Positions 51,087 to 60,578 of a stretch of 64,000 nt of DNA are shown here, piece after piece (position 1 is the stretch's first letter; each line of letters opens with the position of its first letter). The stretch spans positions 124,001 through 188,000 of the forward strand of contig JBEWZL010000220.1 of the NCBI GenBank assembly GCA_045837725.1, in the 5' to 3' direction. A program made the position numbers and the translations under genes. The DNA comes from Vermamoeba vermiformis (lineage: Eukaryota). The notes beneath the pieces were generated by a model. That model saw nothing but the letters and a program-made list of their open reading frames with translations. It was not told the origin of the DNA and searched no databases.

Positions 51087-52728
51087 ACTACTAGTCCTGT
51101 GTACATACGACGATAAAATCGAAAATATTATACTAATTTATTCCGGACAAGTTTATTGTTTTCTTATTACGTTGTCAGAATAACTATAAAAGATATTTTT
51201 AGCCAAGTTGGTGAACGGATCCATGCCAGTATGAGTGACGCGCGATAAAATATCAAGCCAGAGTTCGCGCGGAAGCATCGCTAAAGCTTGATGACTTCGT
51301 GCAATGTTGTGGGACAGAATAGCGACTTTGAATCGTGCTTCTGACTTGAGCTGTCTGTTACGACGCACCAATTGTTTTAATTGCGCCGTACTTTCGTCTG
51401 GTTTGACGTTGTAAAGTTTGTGCGCAGTGAAAGTAAACTCGATCGTGTCGAGTGCGAAGTTGTGTAATTCTAATAATTTCACTAATTGACGTTGCCTTGT
51501 CATACAGATTTCAGAGGGCTTGACGGAATGAATAACAAGATGTGTCAGACTAGTGTTGCATTGCAGGCCTTGGCATATTAACTCCGTTGATTCTGCTTCG
51601 ACGTGCGAGATGGTCAATTTTTTCAAATTAGTGTTGAATAGCAGCATATTTTTGATGGCTGTAAATCCGTCCACTGTGATTTTAACATGCTTCAAACAAA
51701 GCTCTCGTAATGTCGTGTTCTTCGTCATTGCTTCACAGATGTGTTTTGCGCCTTCATCGCCAAAATGATTTCGGTCCAATTTGAGCACTTTCAATGTCGT
51801 ATTTTGTATTAATAAATCGGCTATAAGTTGAGAATTTCTGTCAAGCGCGGATGCAGCACTTGTACAAGACAGATTAATGAGGTAAATTTTTTTTTCTCAG
51901 ATAATTAAAAAACTCTGTCGTTCTATCTATGTCAAGTTTATCTACCGAAATCTCAAGACTCGTGATGTTTGTATTTTGAGATAACCCGTCGATCAATATT
52001 TGACACGTGTCATTTAACACACGGGAAGTAAATTCGCGCAATACTAATGTCTGCAAGGTTGTATTTGTTTTCAATGCTTCTGCTAACGTTTTAACATTAT
52101 CTTCATATAGATTTGCTCGTATCATGCGCAATTCTGATATTTTAATCGTATTGTCGCGTAACGCCTCGAACAGCCCATTCATCGAGGTACCACATCCATC
52201 GTCCACATTGTACCACGAGAGAGCCTTCAAAGTCGCGTTACTTTTCAATCCACCTACAAACTTCATAATATCTTCGTCAGTAATGTCATTGGTGGCGTGT
52301 GAATCGACAGTGAGTTGGATCGATCTGTTGCGTTGTAATAATTGGCCGAGCGCTTGCATGCTGGGCCAATTTTTAAAAAATAAATTTTTAAAGATAAATG
52401 TGCCGAATACTGGTATTTGCCGTCCAAGCGCGGAATTTAGGAAAAAGAAGTTTTGAAGGCGAGCAAGGCAGAAAGGGGCTTATTAATAGTGCCAAACTCC
52501 GCCGCTTTTTAGTTGAGTTGCAGACTCTACGACTTTACTAAATCTTAGATTAGATAATCTAGATTTTATTTTTGTTGTGTCGTATGTTGAAATAAAAAGC
52601 ACATTTTTCTCGATTAATAAATATATGAGTCTGGCGAGCGATATGGGTATCTCGCAAGCCGACTAAAAAAAATAATATATTTAATACGCCTGTGCCAATT
52701 TTTTTTCTAAAAGAAGTATAGAGAGGAG

Positions 52729-52880
52729 GATAAATGAACGAATTGTCGTTCATGACGACCAAATAAATGATAAAATGGACGTTTGTTCTTGTCCACACCC
52801 TAAAAATTACTATAAAATAAACACACACGTAGGTTCTTTCCCGTACCCGACTAATTATTACTTACAAGACTAGTCTCTAA
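52729..52880 (+). repeat. 5' LTR (degenerate termini)
   Basis: Aligns to 57677-57831 but lacks clean TG...CA ends. Confidence 0.8.
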
Positions 52881-53432
52881 TTTTTGGTGCTTCTCCGATG
52901 GAAAAGAACCAGCCAGATACCACTTTAAAGAGCTCATCGAGGAGCTCAATCTCGCGTTCTCGCAAGGGGAGGAAGGAAAGGAGAGCTGTGAAGCCTCCTG
53001 CAGCGTCTAAAGCTACAATTCCCGACAATCACACCGCGATCGACCTCTCTGCCTGGCGCCAACACACGACCCAACGCTAGCGTAACTTATGAGCCAGAGG
53101 GAGAGAGAGAAGACCCGCGGCGACCTCCTCCTCAAGAAGAGAAACTAAGAAGCCTCTCACTAAAGTGAACTCAACTCCTTCGCCGGAAATGACTGATAAT
53201 AGGGAAAACGACCCTAAAAGGGACCACGGAAGCTCGCCACAGCCAAGAGTTGTGCCCAAACAAAGAAAAGAAAGGAAAGAAGACCGAGGGCCAGCAAAGG
53301 CGCCGGCGCAACAGGAAGCCATAACCGCCACAAAAAAACGGAGCTTAGTAAGAAACCCGGGAGAGAAAAAAAGTGAAGGAAACGTGCCACAATGGAGCTG
53401 CGAGAGAAAAACCAAAGCCCTAAGAGAAGACC

Positions 53433-56400
53433 ATGCGATCCCTAACATACGAAGAGCCGAGATCCTTCCCGTATCTCCGAAGAAACAATGAAGGAAAATG
53501 CCTGGAGAGGAAGAACACATCAAACGCTTCTGATGAATTAGAAGACTTAAATCGCACTATCGATTACTTTGACACCCCGATTCACGAAATCCAACATCCG
53601 TTCGACACGCCTCAGCCCTGTACTACTCACGTGCAACTCGTAGGAGAAGGCTCAACAATCACTGCGCTCGTCGATTCTGGCGCGAATGTTTGCTTGGTCA
53701 CGCCAGTGATCGCGGATTTGTTTGGCAGCGATACGCATTACGCTGGAGATCTGTCCAAAAGCAGTTACGTAAAGCTCTTGGACGACCGTCGCTCAATTAT
53801 ACTTGGTACGACTTACATGGTGGTTGGTATTTGCGGAAAACGACTCCGCATTCGTTGCAACATCGTGCAACTCGCGAAGTACGATCTGATCCTTGGCATG
53901 GATGCGCTGAATGGATTTCACTTAGCGCTACCTGAACGCTACATTGCCCTGCCTAACGCTGGACGACAATTGCTCGTTACAGGACCCCCACAGGACGACG
54001 ATGTTTTCCTGGCCGCTAAATCCGATCTTCTCATCCGCCCTGGCCAGACCGAATTCTTGCATCTCTACTGCAGAACTCAACCTATCTTTGGACCTAAGTA
54101 CTTGGTACTGGCTATGGATCGACCTTACCACGTAGATCATGCTTACGTTCGATTCTTGGATCCCGATCAACTGGTCAAAGTGGCGATCTCTAACGTCACT
54201 CAAGCGAATCTAAAGATCAACGCTGGCGATATAGTCGCCGTGGCCTTGTTGTATATTGGTCTGGACGAAGATGATGGTGACCAGCGAGTCGCCAATATGG
54301 TCGAGGTTGGTCCCTCAAACACCAACTCGAATTGGAATACTGACGCGTCTGCTACTACTAGGGACGTTAACACTGACTTGGACGCGCAAGAGCAAGAGAC
54401 TCGTGCCCTGGAGTCAATTCACAACGACTATCAAGACCTCTTCGAGGCGCCGCAAACATGGGGTGCTGCCACCACTGTTCAACACGGTATCGATCTCTTA
54501 CCGGGCACACAACCTATCCGCGAGCCGCCTAGACGCATGGGCCCTGCCCAGCAACAGATCGTTACGAACTCTGTGAACGAGATGCTCGAACAAGGCGTCA
54601 TTCAAGAGTCCTCAAGTCCATGGTCATCACCGGTTGTTATTGTGAAGAAGAAGGATGGCACGCCGCGCTTCTGCATTGACTACCGTGGTCTTAACGCCCA
54701 TACCAGGCAAGACGCTTACCCTCTACCGCGTTTGGACGACGCGCTTGATTCATTGGCTGGTGCTAAATACTTTTCGACTTTAGATCTGAAGTCAGGCTAC
54801 CACCAAATTCCAATGAAGCCTCAAGACATTGAGAAGACAGCCTTCGCCGTAAAAGACGGTCATTTCGAGTTCAAGGTGATGCCTTTCGGGCTCACTAATG
54901 CGCCCGCGACATTTCAACGCGCGATGAACAATATACTCAAAGGCTTGTCAGGTATATGCTTGGTCTATTTGGACGATATTATTATCTACAGTCGTTCTCT
55001 TGACGATCACGTCAGAGACTTACGAGTAGTATTGGATAGGCTCAGAGCTGCAAACCTGCGCCTTAATGGGAAGAAATGCAAATTCTTCGTACGCCGAGTA
55101 GAATACCTTGGGCACGTGGTCAGCGAACGTGGTATTGAACCCAACAACGACAAGGTGCGAGCCATCTGTCAATTGGAGAGCCCCAAGTCTGTCAGAGATC
55201 TGCGTACCTTCCTGGGTATGATTGGCTATTATCGCCGCTTCATTCCCGACTTCGCTACGCTTGCTGACCCGTTACACAACCTCCTGAAGAAGAGTGTCAC
55301 TTGGCATTGGTCTGCCGCGTGTCAAGGAGCCTTCAACGAGATGTGTCGCCGCCTTAGAACTGCTCCAATCCTCGCCTACCCCGACTGGTCCCTGCCATTC
55401 ATTCTACAGACCGACGCTAGCAATGTTGGCATTGGCGCCGTGCTTTCCCAAAAACAAGATGGACAAGAGAAAGTAATTTCATACTACAGTCGCGCACTCA
55501 ACAAGGCTGAACGAAATTACCACACCACGGATCAAGAGTGCTTGGCTGTTGTTGGTGCCATCAAGCACTTCCGCTGCTACTTGTATGGACACGAATTCCA
55601 AGTCTGGACAGATCATGCCGCCCTCACGCACTTCATGAAGTCCAAACACGTCACTGGACGCCTGCTACGATGGAGTCTTGCCCTCGCCGAGTACAATTTC
55701 ACTGTACATCATCGCCCTGGGAAGCTTAACGCAAACGCAGATGGACTCTCGCGCTTGATCAAGACCGATGACGTCGAGGATGTCTTCGTCGAGATCAATG
55801 CTGGTGAAGTCAGTTGGACCGACGACACTGGTTTCGCAAGCGCACAACAAGCAGAACCCTTCAGTCAAGCCATGATCGACTGGCTTGAAAATGGCAAACT
55901 CTGCGAAGACAACGAACTAGCTAAGAGAGTGCGCCAAGAAGAGGATAACTTTGTCGTCGAGAATGGCCTACTCTATCGCCTGTGGTTGCCTGATGGTCAA
56001 CACCGCCGCAGCTCTGCCAGAAAGCTGCTATTCGTACCCCCTGCCTATCGCGAAGGAGTACTCAGAGCGACCCATGCCAGCATCGAGGGTGCTCACCTTG
56101 GCGTTGAGAAAACCTACGCCAAAATCAAGGACCGTTTCTACTGGCCTGCCATGTGGAGACACGTCAAGACTTTCATTGGTGAATGTGACACGTGTCAACG
56201 AAAGAAAGCTCCAGTCCGCATCAAGCCAGGTCTAATGATGCCTATCGTCGCGCACGAACCTTGGGAGCTCGTGGGCGTCGATATCCTTGGTCCACTACCT
56301 GTCTCAGTCTCGAGGAAGCGCTTCGTGGTCGTCTTCAGTGACTATTTGACGAAGTGGGTCGAAGCCTTTGCCCTGCCCGACGCTACTGCTGAGAGCGTTG

Positions 56401-57665
56401 CCAAAGTCTTTGTCAACGAAGTCATTGCTCGTCATGGCGCCCCGCGCAAGCTACTGAGCGACAGAGGCTCGCAATTCATGTCAGAGCTTTCCCAAGCTAT
56501 CTACGAGTACATGGGAATCCTCAAGGTCTTTACTACGCCCTATAGACCTCAAACCGATGGCCAAGTTGAAAGATTCAATCGCACACTCGCGCAAATGCTC
56601 ACTGCCTACATAGAGCAGAATCAACGCGATTGGGATGTCTTCTTGCCGTTAGTACTTTTGGCTTATCGCACATCGCGTCACTCATCGACTAAAGAAACTC
56701 CGTTCTACATGATGCATGGCCGCGATGCCTACTTGCCTCTTCAACGTATTTTCCCTACTTCAGTCGATTCAGAAGAGACCTACACGCCGCACGAATGGGT
56801 CGAAGAACTGCACTCGCGACTTGCCCAGTGTTTCGAGATTGCTGCCAAATTCAACGAAGCCGCCAAACTAGCGCAAGCCCGTAACTACAACAACAACCGA
56901 GTCAGTATGATGCTGCCCATCAACGCACTTGTGTGGTACTATCACCCCAGACGCGTGCAAGGCCGTGTCGAGAAACTGCAATTTCCCTGGACTGGTCCGT
57001 TCGTGGTTGTCCAAGAGCTCTCAGCCAACGTCTACTTGATCCAGCCCCTGACCAAAGGAGAGTCTTTTGCCGCTAACATCGAACGCCTCAAACTCGCCAA
57101 GATCTCAGATCACTCTGAGATCCGCTTGCTGCTCAAGAATCGCATCTACAACGAAAAAGATGGCCTCCTGTTCGTCGAGCCAAGAGAGGAGAGAGAGGGA
57201 AAGAAGCGCAACAACACGAATGAGCCGCCTATCAATCCCACAGTTCAAGAAAATTTAATGCCAGAGATCCAGATCGACAACGGATCTGAATTCAAAACTC
57301 CGATCGCCAGTCCCAAAAAGAAAGAGAAAGACAACGCCCCTGAGCAGGAGTACATCAACCCTGCTGATGAAAATTTGCCTGAAGTGCCAGTAGCCCTTGA
57401 ACCGTACTTCAACGCTTTATTTTTGCTTTACACTACATTCCGCGACACTGATGTGCCACTCGCTCGTGTTGGCAAGCAGCTCACTACTCTTCTTGAAAAG
57501 CCCTTCGTCAACAGCTCGCTCCGTGCCACCCAATTCCGCCGCGAAGTCGTCGCCGCAAAGAAATCCCGTGCTGCAATGCTAGCCTTCTTGTTCGACTGTG
57601 TGTTCAAGTTCAACGAGAAATTTGCCCACGAGATCGACGCCCTTCCTCCGCTAGCTTCGGTCTAA
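53433..57665 (+). CDS. pol: Pol polyprotein (aspartic protease, dUTPase-like segment, RT, RNase H, integrase)
   Basis: ALVDSGA; RFCIDYRGLN, MPFGLTNAPATFQR, VYLDDII; LQTDAS, VWTDH; H...AHLG...CDTC zinc motif; GVDILGP, SDRGSQF, DGQVERFNRTL. Confidence 0.97.
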   Translation: MRSLTYEEPRSFPYLRRNNEGKCLERKNTSNASDELEDLNRTIDYFDTPIHEIQHPFDTPQPCTTHVQLVGEGSTITALVDSGANVCLVTPVIADLFGSDTHYAGDLSKSSYVKLLDDRRSIILGTTYMVVGICGKRLRIRCNIVQLAKYDLILGMDALNGFHLALPERYIALPNAGRQLLVTGPPQDDDVFLAAKSDLLIRPGQTEFLHLYCRTQPIFGPKYLVLAMDRPYHVDHAYVRFLDPDQLVKVAISNVTQANLKINAGDIVAVALLYIGLDEDDGDQRVANMVEVGPSNTNSNWNTDASATTRDVNTDLDAQEQETRALESIHNDYQDLFEAPQTWGAATTVQHGIDLLPGTQPIREPPRRMGPAQQQIVTNSVNEMLEQGVIQESSSPWSSPVVIVKKKDGTPRFCIDYRGLNAHTRQDAYPLPRLDDALDSLAGAKYFSTLDLKSGYHQIPMKPQDIEKTAFAVKDGHFEFKVMPFGLTNAPATFQRAMNNILKGLSGICLVYLDDIIIYSRSLDDHVRDLRVVLDRLRAANLRLNGKKCKFFVRRVEYLGHVVSERGIEPNNDKVRAICQLESPKSVRDLRTFLGMIGYYRRFIPDFATLADPLHNLLKKSVTWHWSAACQGAFNEMCRRLRTAPILAYPDWSLPFILQTDASNVGIGAVLSQKQDGQEKVISYYSRALNKAERNYHTTDQECLAVVGAIKHFRCYLYGHEFQVWTDHAALTHFMKSKHVTGRLLRWSLALAEYNFTVHHRPGKLNANADGLSRLIKTDDVEDVFVEINAGEVSWTDDTGFASAQQAEPFSQAMIDWLENGKLCEDNELAKRVRQEEDNFVVENGLLYRLWLPDGQHRRSSARKLLFVPPAYREGVLRATHASIEGAHLGVEKTYAKIKDRFYWPAMWRHVKTFIGECDTCQRKKAPVRIKPGLMMPIVAHEPWELVGVDILGPLPVSVSRKRFVVVFSDYLTKWVEAFALPDATAESVAKVFVNEVIARHGAPRKLLSDRGSQFMSELSQAIYEYMGILKVFTTPYRPQTDGQVERFNRTLAQMLTAYIEQNQRDWDVFLPLVLLAYRTSRHSSTKETPFYMMHGRDAYLPLQRIFPTSVDSEETYTPHEWVEELHSRLAQCFEIAAKFNEAAKLAQARNYNNNRVSMMLPINALVWYYHPRRVQGRVEKLQFPWTGPFVVVQELSANVYLIQPLTKGESFAANIERLKLAKISDHSEIRLLLKNRIYNEKDGLLFVEPREEREGKKRNNTNEPPINPTVQENLMPEIQIDNGSEFKTPIASPKKKEKDNAPEQEYINPADENLPEVPVALEPYFNALFLLYTTFRDTDVPLARVGKQLTTLLEKPFVNSSLRATQFRREVVAAKKSRAAMLAFLFDCVFKFNEKFAHEIDALPPLASV

Positions 57666-57676
57666 GAGGGGAAGAG

Positions 57677-57831
57677 TGTAAAATGAACGATATTTCTAGT
57701 GAAAACGACCAAAAAAGAAAAATTTTTTTGTCCACACGTCCTAAAACATTGTCGTTAGTTAAGAATAAACACACACGTAGGTTCTTTCCCGTCCCGATCG
57801 TATTACTACTTACAAGACTAGTCTCGTTACA
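57677..57831 (+). repeat. 3' LTR, TGTAA...TTACA
   Basis: Follows the polypurine tract AAGAGGGGAAGAG; 5-bp inverted termini; contains AATAAA. Confidence 0.92.
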
Positions 57832-58069
57832 GGAGATCGCGAGTTAATTACCTCGAATAACTCCATTATTGCCGTAGGATTATCGCGCTAAGATTATGAA
57901 AAATATTGTGCTACTATTGAGCTGTAATTTTGCAATGAAAGAATTTTATGGCGTAATGATTCTGCTCTTTTTTCAGTCTCCTCCTGATTTGTCCGTTTGA
58001 AACCAGTGCTGTGCTTGTTCTTTAATCCAAAAGTAGTATTACTTAGCAATATTCGTTAGCTTGCAGGTT

Positions 58070-59900
58070 ATGGAGGTAGGATCGAGGAGAATAGTTTTCA
58101 ATTTTTCGTTATTATTTGAATTAATTTCTTTATAATTAGGAGTTAGATTAAATACGAAGTATGCTAATCTTGCAATTTTAATTAGCTCCCGATCGAAATC
58201 TGGGTTCAGATCTTAGATTATCTTGTTTGCATTGATCACTCGCAGCATATTTGGGCCAATGAAGACAGAACTCGAGCAGAGCAATTTTACCGCTTACAGC
58301 AACTCAGATCAAGCTCGAAATTTTTTGTTGAGCAGTGCACGTCATATTTAATATCAAAACACGCTGGAAAATTCACGTTTGAGATTAATGATTGTAATTG
58401 GAACCCTGCAGCCAGCGCAGCTTTCAACGGTCACAAAAATTTGCTCGATCTGAACAAACAATATTGGTCCTTCACTTGCTACGAAGCCGCTATAATATCT
58501 AACCGAATGGATATATTCAATTATTTACGAGAAAATAATTGTCCTGATTATGACGATCTTGAATGCCTTGTAGTTGCACTGATTGCGGGACAGATGGACT
58601 TTGTAAAATTATTCGATGCCGATAAATACAAAGAACTCGGTCACGCGACACTCATGGATCATGTAGCATCAAATGGGCACACGGAATTAATGAAATATTT
58701 CAATACGGATTTTGGAATTAAAATTGAACCAGGCCATCTCGTTTCTGCGATCAGATCCAAAGTTCAAGAATGCATTGATTACGCAGTAGAATACGCTAAA
58801 CAAAACAACACACTAATGGTGTATGGTACTTCATTTATGGCTGTTGCCGCCGAGACAGGAAACCTTGATCTGTTGAAACGTATGCACAGCTTAGCAGTCC
58901 CCTGGAACTATCAAACGCCCGAAGCTGCAGCTCAAGCTGGTCACGTTGAATGCTTGCAATATGTGCTCGAGAACGGTTGTTCATCGACGAGTGACACAAT
59001 CTTTTATGCCATCAGTGCCGGTAAGTTAGATCACTCGACAAAATTATTTGTCTATAATTTTATTCTTTTTCCTTCAATCGCCATTAGGTTGGTTCTATCA
59101 ATTGATGCAATAATATTTATATTTATTATTATTTGGCGTGTCGAAACAAAAGAATATGAAAAATACTTTTGACACGTGTCATAAAGCTGACTGTTTACCA
59201 AATTAGGTAATACAGAATGCATTAAAGTAGCCGATAAATTTGGCTGTGGTTGGCCCATACGAGCACAAGAGATTGCAGTGACGAGGAATAAACTTGAATG
59301 TTTGAAACTGGCCTACATCCACGACCAACAGAACTGGCGATGCAATCTCACCAATGTCGCAGCTAAATTTGGCGCATTAGACTGCTTGAAATATTTGCAC
59401 GAGAATGGCTGTGAGTGGACACAATCAGAACTCAATTTAGCCGTTGCTGGCCGTCACATGTCTTGCGTGAAATATTTGCACGAAGAACAGGGCAGTAAGT
59501 CACGATAAATCTGGCGCGGGAGATTAATTTTTTATTAATTTTATTATTGTTCAGTGACTTGGAGCGAACTTACGTGCGAATTTGCTGCTCAAGGCGGTGA
59601 ACTATGTGATTCGAGTAGTGACTACTTTGACCGCTATTTGCCCATCAAAAAAAGTGCTGAATGTTTGCAGTACGTTCATGAACAAGGAGGTACTCCATAG
59701 TAATGTCCAAGTATAATCACATTGATTAATTTTCGTTTTGCAGCTGTTTGGAATGAACGGACTTGCGAAGTGGCAGCGCTAAATGATCAAATAGAGTGCC
59801 TGCAATACGCGCACGAACACGGCTGTACGTACTTGGCGAAGTGAAATTTCGTTGAAATGAATGATTGACGAGTTTGCATGCAGAAGTTCCTTTGATGCCA
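58070..59900 (+). CDS. F-box-like + ankyrin-repeat protein, spliced (paralog of 6219-7855)
   Basis: ME|LPIEIWVQILDYL, then AAxxGxLxCLKYLHENGCxW repeats. 3' end approximate. Confidence 0.8.
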
Positions 59901-60578
59901 GCGTGGAGTGGGGGATGAAAGAGGTTTAAATTTTTTTTTTTTTTTATGTTCAAAGTACTTTGGATCGCATACGTCATTCAGGCTGTTTATGACGAGTATT
60001 ATTGCAAGGAGTCGTCTATTAATGGCAAAACTGTTCTCGATATTCAAGGGAATGCCGCCAAACTTGGTACGGGTAGATCAAGATCTCAACAATCAAACCT
60101 TAAATTTTGAAACACCAAAAATTTTCTCTTAAAGACGCGTCATTAATTCAAATAGCATCTAATTCCCCTCAGTTGTAATGTCCTCGGCTGCACCACAAAA
60201 AAGGATTTAACGGACGTCATGCAACATTCTCATTGCATTTACGAAGGTGCTATGGAAAGTGACACTGCAGTAGATATGATACGAACGAAGAAATAGAGGC
60301 CAAATATAATTTAAGCGAGTATGTAATGCTGAATTAAAGTCTATATTTAACCTTCAATGTGGCAGGTGATGTTTGACAGCGGATCTACTGTCGGACGTTT
60401 AACTTGACTCTATCCTTCGATTATACTTTGAAAGTAGTTTGATTAAACTATTTACTGCATTAAGTTGCTTTTCCGACTCATGCGAAAGTAATGCTCGTTG
60501 AAGAACCAAGGTAACGTACTTTTAATGCAAGTAGTTGATTTATTTTTGTTATTTTAGCCAACACAAGACCACTACGCG

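Larger units (their letters stand above)
52729..57831 (+). mobile_element. Ty3/gypsy LTR retrotransposon
   Basis: Paired ~155 bp LTRs share AATAAACACACACGTAGGTTCTTTCCCGT and TACTTACAAGACTAGTCTC. PBS-like TGGTGC at 52885; PPT 57664-57676; pol order PR-RT-RH-IN; candidate GGAG target duplication (52725-52728 / 57832-57835). Confidence 0.95.
51153..57866 (-). pseudogene. RNI-like LRR gene with C-terminal F-box-like motif; frameshifted and apparently interrupted by the retrotransposon
   Basis: ORFs 51874-52359 and 51153-51794 join if one base is removed from the T9 run at 51887-51895. Putative exon 1 ATG GAG TTA TTC GAG|gtaatt at 57866-57852. Tail HNIARSHQALAMLPRELWLDIL resembles the gene at 21703. 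The frameshift may be an assembly error. Confidence 0.6.

Noticed and set aside
59920-60570. Possible ncRNA or small gene between the ankyrin and lectin genes
   Set aside because: No tRNA, snoRNA or coding signature I can support.
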